Shown here one piece after another: positions 29,732-40,418 of a stretch of 64,000 nt of DNA. The notes beneath the pieces are model-generated. The model saw only the letters and a list, made by a program, of their open reading frames with translations, was not told where the DNA came from and searched no databases. Both the position numbers and the translations under genes were made by a program. Location: the NCBI GenBank assembly GCA_000182565.2, contig KQ257463.1. The stretch is one strand, 5' to 3'. Source of the DNA: Spizellomyces punctatus DAOM BR117 (lineage: Eukaryota). Numbering within the stretch: the first letter of the stretch is position 1; the number at the start of each line of letters is the position of its first letter.

Positions 29732-30037
29732 ACAGAAATCTTACTACAATACATATTCATAGAAGTTGTAGGGCGAATATGTTTTTACATGGTCTATAAC
29801 TTTGATCACATAAGTAAACCCATTCGAGCAACTTTCATGGGCTATGCTCAACCGGAATCGTACCTCTTCTCAACGGTAATTACCTGGTCAGGATGAGGCT
29901 CGCGGACAGAATTCTTTTACTACAATACATGTTAATAAAAGTCGTAGGGCAAATATGTTTTTACATGGCTGGTAGTTTAGATCGTATAAGAAAACCCATT
30001 GGAGCGACTTTCATGTATACCATTACAACTCGTATCG
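29732..30037. repeat. Diverged direct duplication (~130 bp, period ~174)
   Basis: acagaa..ttactacaatacat...gtagggc.aatatgtttttacatgg...aaacccatt.gagc.actttcatg occurs at 29732 and 29906. Confidence 0.75.
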
Positions 30038-30468
30038 AATATTTGATCGGACAAAGCATAGCAGGAACACTGCAATGCGTGCGTTAACCAGGTTTGATGT
30101 ATGGCCTACTTGAATAGTTGAATGATGGCAACCACAACACACCACCTTCAAACCCGCTGCTATGCTTGTCCGATCAATTATTCGATACGAGTTGTATCTT
30201 AGGGGTAGGGATTGGAAAAGTCTTGTTGAGGGCTGCAAACCCCATTTCTCACTTCCGACAAACAGTTATAGTGCGAATGCTCCCTCAATAAAAAAACTCT
30301 ATATGTAGTAATTACATCTGAGGGATTGCTCCCTGTAATTTCAAAACCAGCTCTTTCTGTCTGCTCCCTACTCCCTTCATTGTTTCTGCGTTCTGTCTTT
30401 ATCCCTACTGCTAACGGCTATTCGACCACCATGTCAAACATCCAACAAGCGGAACCCGTTCTCACCCG

Positions 30469-31086
30469 CAGCCCACAGAAATAACACCGCTACTTGCCAC
30501 CCAACGTCGACGTCGTTTCTCCCTCATAGATGCCCTCAATGTAGTGACAAGGCCGGCTGTGAATGTGTTCAAGCAAGACCGGCGGGCCCTCTCTCCAGAG
30601 AGAGCAGCCGAGGAAATAGCTGCGGCAGCTGAAGCCACTGCAGCGACGAGTGAGGTTGGTGCCCGAGAGCGTCGGTGACTGAGATCATAGAATATCTCGA
30701 ATTTCTAGCGACAAAAATCGCCCATCCATTCGCACCAACCTCGCCGCCCACTTGGGGAGGGAGACTTGACATTGTAACAGTACAGCCCACAGAAATAACA
30801 CCACTACTTGCCACCCAACATCGATGTCGTTTCTCCCTCATAGATGCCCTCAATGTAGTGACGAGGCCGGCTGTGAATGCGTTCAAGCAAGACCGGCAGG
30901 CCCTCTCTCCAGAGAGAGCAGCCGAGGAAATAGCTGCGGCAGCTGAAGCCACTGCAGCGACGAGTGAGGTTGGTGCCCGAGAGCATCAGCGACCGAGATC
31001 GTGGAATATCTCGAATTTCTAGCGACAAAAATCGCCCATCCATTCACACCAACCTCGCCGCCCACTTGGGGAGGGAGACTTGACAT
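30469..31086 (+). repeat. Near-identical tandem duplication (period 314 bp) in a frameshifted ORF remnant
   Basis: cagcccacagaaataacacc... occurs at 30469 and 30783, and both units end gggagacttgacat. Confidence 0.9.
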
Positions 31087-31173
31087 CGTCGGAAGAAGCC
31101 TGGAGCGTGCGTGAGTTCACAACAGCCCGGATTTTGGCAACGGAAATCAGAAACAGTTGAAGACACGTCCTCG

Positions 31174-31865
31174 TAACATATTGGTACTAAAATGAAGATG
31201 CCTGCGCACTACTACGCCATTCCTCCACCGCTCACGGCCATTCTCCCAACTACTCCTCCCCGACGGGGGAGGCCGCGCGCAGGCACAGACGTGACCACCG
31301 TCGTCGGTATCAGCACACCAACCACGGAGCGTTTCAGAGCTGCACCAATGCTGCGTCCTCCGGTTTGAGTGATGGCCACGGAAACAAGTCCACAAATGGA
31401 AACAGTCCAAGTGAGAGTTGGATGGGATCCCAACCTTGGCGGTTACTCTCCCATATCGTGTCCTCCGAGCAATTGGACGGTTCCTGTAAATATCCTTAGC
31501 GTAGGTGCGTTGATCGTTGAATAATTCACCCGCAAATCGCTGACCAGTCGTTGGAACCGCTCTCGCCTCCCCGACTAGGCGGTATCGTTTCCTCCGAGCA
31601 ATTGGACGGTTCCTGTGAAGATCCTGAGCGCAGGTGCATTGATTCTTATAATTAACACGGAAATCGCTGACCATTCGTTGGAACCGCTCCGTTGTCGGTG
31701 TGGCGACTGTGGCAACACCTGCCACGGTGGTAACATCCGTGGCTGCGCGCGGCCCCCCCCCCCCCCCCCCCCCCGTCGGGGAGGAGTAGTTGGGAGAATG
31801 GCCGTGAGCGGTGGAGGAATGGCGTAGTAGTGCGCAGGCATCTTCACTTTAGTACCAGTATGTTA
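31174..31865. repeat. Foldback structure: ~160 bp inverted arms enclosing a 129-bp-period duplication
   Basis: taacata.tggtactaaa.tgaagatgcctgcgcactactacgccattcc... at 31174 (+) and ending at 31865 (-). Internal repeat units start at 31454 and 31583. Confidence 0.88.
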
Positions 31866-32139
31866 TGTGTTGAACATGGAGAGGATATTTCGTGGAGATC
31901 GCCTCCATTCAAGAGTTGGGTCTCCCTTTTCCCTTGGTACGAAGCCCTGGACGCGTGTAGGAGCATTCAAGGACGTGACGCCGCTCTCGGGCACCTTCTT
32001 CCTCAGTCGGTGTTGACGTGGGGTAAAGCCATCAGCTCGCGCGAGAGAACGGTTGGCTGACGTTCCGATTCCGCCAGCCCACGCCGTCTGGCATCACATT
32101 TCGACCGAATGAGAAACGTCAAGACTGAACATCCGATTA

Positions 32140-32300
32140 TCGCCATTTATCGCCATTTTGGCCGAAAGCGGGCCCGAACTTTCCGCACTGAGGCGGGCGA
32201 CGAGAGGCTCGTGCGAATGACATCTTGCAGTTTGTTGATGTCAATAAAGACAACAGCGTTCGTCGGACAGGCGCAACCCATAGCGGCCGCGGAAAAAGAG
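32140..32300 (-). pseudogene. Diverged fourth copy of the unknown repeated ORF
   Basis: SAAAMGCACPTNAVVFIDINKLQDVIRTSLSS aligns to SATAVGCTCPKNAVIFLDINELQDVIRGRLSS at 27.3 kb. Confidence 0.7.
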
Positions 32301-33157
32301 CCTACATTGCTAGCTCTGCTACTTCTGGAGGAGGGGGGGGAGGGGGGCTGCACGACTCGCCTTAAATACCAGAATTTTGACAGCTTGGCCTCGTGTTGGC
32401 GGCGGGGAAACGGACGTTGCTGGAAGTGTGAAATTGAGTGACGTGAGCAGATTCCTAAGCCCCGCCGTGGCTTATTTCCCAACGACATTGAAGGCCTCTG
32501 GAACTGTTTTTGTTCTTGTTCACTGCGAGGGGATGTTAACGTTCAGCGATAGCAGATAAAAACATTCTTTCTTTTTTTTTGGTTTACAATAACTATGAGC
32601 TTGTTGCAAGTGAAGAACAAATAATGTAGCTGATATCTGACGCTATCTCCATATTTGGCATCTGTTACGGTATTCCTCTACACCCAATTAGCATGGTCTG
32701 TCATGAAAGATGATTCACGTAAATGACAGCTTATCCTAGTTGGCGTGTACACTCACTCCTTCACACCCAACTGGCGTGATCTATGTAGAACTTTAACTTT
32801 GAGCAGCGGGCTCTCCCATATCATACCCGCCACACTTTTGAGCTTGTCCTTGGCACTCAAGTCTTGTTGCAGGCTACCGAGTGATCGTTGGGCCTATTCC
32901 ACATTCGTGTTTCGATCAGGTAAACAGGCCCACTTAGCCTTTGGAAAACTAATTGTCTTTGCAATACCTAAAGACATGCCAACCTATGACTGCATGTATC
33001 ATGCACTAGAATACGAGGATCACATCAAAGAAACTTGGAACATCTCGCAGTTGTCACGTGGCTATTGGATTACGACTGCGTGTGAGACACGAGAACCTGC
33101 ACACGAGAGCGGCATATCGCGACGTTTTACTTTTGCTCAATTAAGTTGTGAGTCCGC

Positions 33158-34370
33158 ATGCCACAGTCGCCAAAGCGTAAACTATCGGAAGCCATTGACC
33201 TCAACGAAGATGGCAAGGAAATGGAGAAAGGGTCAAAGAAACAACCAGACAGACCGCGCCTGGTCAGCTTGCCGACTCTGAGGCTGGCCGAAGACGAAGA
33301 CGATCCAGAGACCTCCAGTCACAATTGCCCGCTGTGCTTGAAACTACTTTATAAGCCTATAAGGACCTCTTGCTCCCACACATTCTGCCAAGCATGTCTG
33401 TCGCGCTATTTCACGACCATGTTTACCCCGCGAACCCAGCAGGATGGGACAGTGCTCAAGCCGTGTCCCATGTGTAGGCAATTACTGGAAAAATCAGTGA
33501 CTGAGGACATTGATCAAAGTATGGAGATTTTCCTGCAAGAGCGATATGGAGATGAATATGTGGAGCGCGAAGAGGACGTTGCCCAGGAGGAAATGGAACG
33601 ATTACAAAAGCAAGCGGTTTACAAGAAATTTTACGTGGGAAATACGCATAGGCTAGTTGCAGAAGATCAGGTCAGTCACCATTTGAGGATAGGTAGCCCC
33701 GTACATCTCTTTCTAACGTCTTGATGGTTACGATCAGTCGTCAAATTATCACAACTGGGGCTTTTTTCTTCGAATGGACACTCGCCAGGAAGAATCTCTT
33801 TACATTGATAACGTCGTGGTTCATCTCCATCGCACCTTCCACCCATCCACCATAACATTATGCGAGCCCCCTTTTGAGGTCGCACGTCGAGGATGGGGCA
33901 TGTTCAACGTTCACGCGCGGGTTCATCTTAGGCCACCATACGTCCTTGGGCCATCATCACGATGCTTTGCCCCAAGTCGTGGAGACGGCACGTTTTTGGA
34001 CTTTGTCTGGATGCTTGATTTTGAGGATGAGGGAAGTCTAGCAGAGATTGAAGTCGAGCTGGTGTTGGATTGGGATCGGCAGGTCACCAGTTTAAACGGT
34101 TCACCACGCAGAGGGGAACCAGAAAGTGCAGAAGACATTTACGAAGATGACAATTTACGACGATTGATGGTCATACCAATTGATTTTGCGCATGAAGATG
34201 ATGATGACGACGATGAAGAAGAGTATATTCCCGGAGATGAGGAAGATTTTGAGGAGGAATACGATGAGGATTATAACAGTGATGATGAGGAGAATGCGCC
34301 ATCGGCAAACCTTGAATTCGGATCAGAGATTGACGAGGAGCAGCACCGACATTTAGATGAGAGGCCCTAG
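33158..34370 (+). CDS. C3HC4 RING finger + YEATS domain protein with acidic tail (381 aa, 2 exons)
   Basis: CPLC...CSHTFCQAC...CPMC; YVGNTH, HNWGFFL, IDNVVVHLHRTF, EPPFEVARRGWGMF. The phase-0 intron is 33671-33737. Confidence 0.9.
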
Positions 34371-34956
34371 GGCGAGGAGCAAGACATAATACGGATTTCT
34401 GTGTACTTATAATTTAGGAGATTTAGCATTAGGATACCCTTGTAAATATTTCGGTCGCAATTGTATTCAATTTCTTTGTCCATGCAAAAGCGCTTCAAAA
34501 CGATCTTTGAAAACACTCGTTTGGAATCTGCAGTTTAAACGTTGGGCGCTGCGCCTCGTCCTTATATGGTCACATTACATCCAGTCGCCTGCGCCACGTC
34601 GTCGAAAAGCCTAACCAACATGAAACCGAAAGGCGAGGGCGACGACGATCACTAGTAAAGGAAGATCCATTTCACAAACGACACTTTTCCGCGCACGACA
34701 CAACCGTTGGGTTTACATCTATTGCCGACGTCGTTCCAATTGCACTCTGTTGACTTTTGGTCAACGCTCCAATTCCCTCCCCCTCTGCGCATTTCTATCT
34801 CACGACGTATTGCCCCCTTCCTCGCGGGCATTCATTCTCCACGGGTAGGATCTCGGTCGTATATTGCTGTCGACATTGTACCTGGAAACTGAACGTGAGC
34901 GGTCGGTATTAGATCCTACATTAGCACACTCAACACCCTCTCCTGCACAAAACCGA

Positions 34957-36087
34957 ATGATGGCATCAACTTCGACGAACGGCGTATGGTGAGCATTCGA
35001 TCAGTTGCTATTTTTACAGTGGAAAAGGTTACTAGAGAACTGGGGCGGAGCGGCTGGCGAGATGGGTTGCGGTGGCAAGCAAAGGAACACGATGGGAAAT
35101 TCAATGGACGAGTACATGGTGACTGATGCGTGTTTATCCCATACAACTAGGTCTCATGGACGCGGTACCAGCGGTTCAGCAGATGCGGAAACAAACGAAC
35201 GAAAAAAAGTGTCGGATAGTAATGCGGTCACTTTGTCATCTCAGTCGGGGGCACCCGGATCGGTGCATCCATTGCGCTTTACTTGGGTGTTTTGGTACGA
35301 ATCTGAAATGGGCAATCTTATTAGCGTGGAGTTCATTATTCACCCTGCGGCTTTCCATATAGGTTTATGCATAGAGAACCGGGGTCAAAAATTCAAGACT
35401 ACAACAACGCGATCAAAAAAATTGCAACATTCTCAACGGTGAGAGGAAAACATTGTCGTAGATCGCATTGATGGTGTCAACAGAGGCTAATGATTGCATG
35501 TGTAAATCATAGGTGGAAGAGTTTTGGGGTGTATATAGTAGATTGAAGCGACCAATGGATCTTCATAATATTAGCGATTATCACCTGTTTAAACAAGGTA
35601 TTCGACCGATTTGGGAGGTAAGATGGATGATTGGATGGATCGCTCAGCTTCGGCAATAGCTCCGGCAATAACTCATTTATCGTTTTGGATATCATATAGG
35701 ATAATTTGAACGGAGGAAAATGGATCGTAAGGCTAAAGAAGGGGCTGGCGTCACGGTATTGGGAGAGCCTGGTTATGGCGATGATAGGGGATCAATTCGA
35801 CGTCGGAGGAGAGATTTGCGGAGCAGTGATATCCATAAGGCATAGTGAAGATATCTTATCTCTATGGAATCAATCGGCCGATGACGGACGGGTGAATCTT
35901 CGTATAAGGTAATGCTAAAATATCGTACGAAATGGGAGTACATCCCCATAAATAACATTTTCAATATTTCAGAGATACCATGAAAAGAGTACTCAATTTG
36001 CCACCAAACTGCATAATGGAGTATAAGGCGCATAAGTCATCAGTAGCAGACAATTCGAGTTTCCGTAATACGGAGATGTTTCGGTGA
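34957..36087 (+). CDS. EIF4E2: Cap-binding protein eIF4E, class II (4EHP/nCBP-like)
   Basis: HPLRFTWVFW, DYNNAIKKI (Tyr at the W56 position), VEEFW, FKQGIRPIWE, NGGKWIVRLKKGLASRYWESLVMAMIGDQF and MEYKAH. Confidence 0.9.
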
Positions 36088-36704
36088 TGTATTTGCGTGA
36101 GGATGTACAATTATTGGCGTGAAAACCATAAATGGACCATTGAATTGTATGGTTGGATGCAAATCATATTTTGGTCTTGGATGCTTTCAAGGTTTCTTCA
36201 CAACATTGACCTGCATGTGGATGGTTGCATTTTTTCCGTAGCCCTCGTTTATGGAGAGATGTGATTGTATGATTTTTGAGATCAGTCCAGACCTCATTTT
36301 CTAGTGGAAGCTAGTGCACTCTGAGCTTGTTGTGGTTCCTCGTTTTGTCACGAAACCACTAGCAGAATGGATAGACACATCAGACAACACAAGAGATGTT
36401 AGTACAGTGCTTCACAATATACATGAAAAACAACTTTCCGGCAGGTAACCATATCCAAATCGTGCTGCACTCGTAGCTTCCTCGTCAGTGTCGTCCATAT
36501 AAGGTTATTGATGGTTAAACGTCTGGCTGTGAAGCGACGCGGTGCCGCGGTAACGCGCTCCGCCTGGCAAGGCACCTTCCAACGGAACAGACAGCATTTG
36601 GCCATCCCCTACCCAGACCCCACCTGATTGATTCCCTGTACTTGACTAAGGTAGTCTACTCTTCCATATCACACTCCTTGTAGTTTAATACTCAGTTTGA
36701 CCCT

Positions 36705-39586
36705 ATGGCGACTTATAAAGAGAGGCAGGTTGTTACCGACTATACACTATGAGAATCATTGTGGTTAAACGACATATTTGATAGGGTGAGCCTATTTGAA
36801 CGCCTATTGGGTCTAGAGGCTCCTGCAGACTACGACTTTGAGCGATTCAGGCAGCTATGCTATCAAGGTTTGCTTATTTGTCTCTTAAGTCGAACCGTCA
36901 AGTCATTCCTATGCCCTGTCTAACGTTATCTCTTGGGTTCGTTAAAGGTATCCCCGACCATGCCGGTATCCGACCAAAATGCTGGAAGATTCTTCTCAAC
37001 TACATGCCCTTTGATGAACGCTCACGATGGCCTGACATTCTGCGGTCGCAACGAACTCTATATTACACCTTTGTCAAGGAATTGATCAAAAATCCTAGCT
37101 TGGAGGAGCTGGAGAATGCAAAGAAGGGGCGGATAGATGATCATGTATGTACGATCAAGATTTCCACTACTTTGTGGAAGTACCAATGTCGTTGGTTACT
37201 GACGGAAGACCTGTTTAAAGCCCTTGAGCGACGCGTTGGATTCAAAGTGGCAGACGTACTTTGAGGAGCTCAGAGTGTTGGGTAGGAGATGATATTCTTA
37301 CTGTATGGCCCGAACCAAGTTATTAACGTCACTGTCTGAATATCCCATAGAGCAAATTGACAAGGATGTCCGAAGAACATTACCCGACTTTGCCTTCTTC
37401 CAACTCCCGGTTCCCAAAACCCGATACTCTCCCCTTCATCGATCGGCAGAATCAATTGCACCAGACTCGGAAGTCCAAAAACCCTCCACAGACGCCGACT
37501 TGAAGCCCTTCTCTCCTATTCAATCCCGACGAGCTCTCTTTAAACGACTAGAGCATTTGTATGCTGATGATCAGTTTGGCGCGCGCAGCCACGCACATCA
37601 GATACCGACAAAAGCATCCGTATCACCGGGTAGTTCTAACTCACAGATAGAGAAGGACGGGGACAATTCGACTGAAGCTCCGTTTGAGATACCTGAAAAG
37701 GCTGAAGGGGATGAGGGGGACTTGCACTGGGAGGCTATTGAGCGCATTCTGTTTATTTATGCAAAGCTGAATCCCGGCATCGGGTATGTGCAAGGAATGA
37801 ATGAGATTTTGGGACCGCTCTACTACGTTATGGCCAATGATACAGACGAGGAGTCAAGAGGTTAGTTTTCAAATCGCCTTTCATCTCATCATGCATTAGC
37901 TGACTCGTCATCTTGCTCATGCAGCTCATGCGGAAGCAGATTCGTTTTTCACATTCACAATACTCATGTCCGAATTTCGGGATCATTTCATCCGATCATT
38001 GGACAACGTCCAGCCAGGACCCCGCGGAATGAGCACTCGCTCCATCTCCATGACTTCAATTGGGTCAGATAAATCACCAGGAGGCGGGATGGTTCGTAAA
38101 GCTTCCATGGGCGAATTGGCAATGGAGCTAACGAGCGGAAATGGGATTGGGAATAGTATGGCGAGACTTATGAAACGGTTAAAGAGACGGGATATTGAAC
38201 TGTGGAAAGATTTTGTAAGTTCTACCATTTAGTCTTTGATGTGGGGTTTCAATCTATTATGTCATAACCAAGCTTTATTCCATATAGCAAGTGAAAGGCA
38301 TCCATGCGGCATTCTTTTCATTTCGATGGCTGACATGCCTCTTGACACAAGAGTTTGCCCTTCCTGATGTAATACAGCTCTGGGATTCAATCCTCGCGGA
38401 TCTGGCGACTGATATTGCGGCGCCTTCCTCTCCGGGCAGTGCACAACCGGATGATTCACCAAGTCGAACACCGGAAGGATACCTACGGGAGGGACGATTT
38501 GACTTTTTGATTGATGTTTGTTGCGCTATGCTGATGTGCGTACATTTCCCGGGTGAATGGAGAAAGTGTCGGATACTTACTGTCCTTTCTTTTGCTATTA
38601 GATGTATCCGTGATGAGCTCCTTCAGGGATCGTTTGCGGATAATGTGCGAATGCTTCAGGTATGACGTTTAATTTACAAGCATCTTGGCGTCACACTAAT
38701 GATGTATTCAAAGAACTATCCAATTTCCGACGTTGATATCGTCCTGCAAAAGGCATACGCGTTCCGTGAAGAACAGAAAGAAGCCGCGCAACCTCGAGGT
38801 CAAAAGTACCCCCCGGGAACGCACTTTACTAAGATTCTACACCGGACAGATGCGTTCAAGCGGGAGCAGGAAAAGGGGATTGCGTCGGCTGCTGGACCTG
38901 GTGCCAAACCGCCCAAAGTACTTTGGATGAACCTAATGACCAAACCAGAGCCCATGAGAAATCCGTTTGCCCAAAAGAATGCTAATACCTCCAGTCGGAC
39001 ACCGATAGTTGGATCTCCGCCTAGTACCGTAAAGCCAAACATCAAGCCAAGCCCAAATCAGCATGCCACGACAACCATGAAAAAAGCTCCACAGGCGCCC
39101 TCCCAGATCCATAAATCCGCGTCCCCACCTTCCACACGATCCCCTTCCGTACAGCCAGCAACGTCGATAGGCGCGGTAGGGGGGAGCTTAAAGGAAGGCT
39201 TCAGTGGTTTTTTCAACCGCGTCCGCAAAGGAAGCATCCTCACCAGCGAGGCAACCAACGGACCTCCGACCGCACCACAACCAGACAAGCCTGCTGAGAC
39301 AACCACATCCGCGTCCCTTGTGAAAGGCTTGGGTTTCATGCGGGACAGAATTGCAGCCAGCACTGCAGCGGTCGGAAACGCAGTCACGAAACTTGGACAA
39401 ACGGTCAAAACCCCGCCAGCAGTCACCCCAACCGCCGAGAATAAAAAGCAGCTTGAAGCCGCTCAGGAAGTCGTTTGGATACGACCGCCTTCGGAGGAGG
39501 ATCTCCATGTTGATGATGATTATGGGGTTGTTGGGGCTGTTGAGGATGCTGTGAAAGTTCGTGGTGAGGAAATTGTCAGTGGATAA
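36705..39586 (+). CDS. TBC-domain Rab GTPase-activating protein, TBC1D13-like
   Basis: GIPDHAGIRPKCWKILLNY, DDH|PL, QIDKDVRRT, IYAKLNPGIGYVQGMNEI, AEADSFF and FRWLTCLLTQEF..WD. The first intron is GC-AG. Confidence 0.92.
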
Positions 39587-40418
39587 GCTAGTTTTGCGTA
39601 TACCTCAAAATGATATTAGTGTGATGATGTGTAATGGCTTTCCTTGCAACCCCGGAAAATACAGATAATATTTTTTGAGAATGGTCCTAGATAGCAAGTT
39701 TGCGCTCCACATTTCATTATTGCTATTTGTCCTTGGGTGTTATGTTTACAAAGACGATTGATGCATGCTGCTTACTTTGGCTAGATCTTTGGTCAATGTA
39801 TAGTTTGGGTGAACCCTTCAAAACTCCCACTGACCGACCCCGATCCAATATTGTGGAACAAAAACAGAAAATCAACAAGATTTGCATATCCAGCCAAGCG
39901 ACAGTATGCATAGATAAAGCATAGTGGAAACTTTTAGAAAAGATCGTTGAAACTTGTACCTGGTTGGGCGGTGGGCACTGCTCTGGTTAGCCTTTGGGGG
40001 GGCCCTCGTGCTCTTCATTGTTCAAAGCAGGCTTATGCTTGAATACGTGAGCATGGAATAAATGGATCCTTTGTGGCATTAAAGCAAGATCAACAATATG
40101 ATCGTATGACAAAGAATAACAAATGGCGGTTTGCAGATGTGATCTCAACATCATAGGTTTTCATATCACTCTCCTTTACAGAGTGCAGCATACAAAAAAC
40201 TTTTAGAACCAAATCAAAATGTTCATTATCACTTCAGGGTTAAAACCCGCAAAACAGTATATATTTCTCGTCGAGCAGAAAAAAAGAGCGACGAAACCAA
40301 ATAACAAAAGAGTGGAAGAACATATGTACAATTGAAGGAATGAGGGATTGGGGGGGCGGGGTGGGGGATAGAGTGGCGGGAGGACTGAAGGCTTCAGGCG
40401 TGCGTTGACAGGATATCT

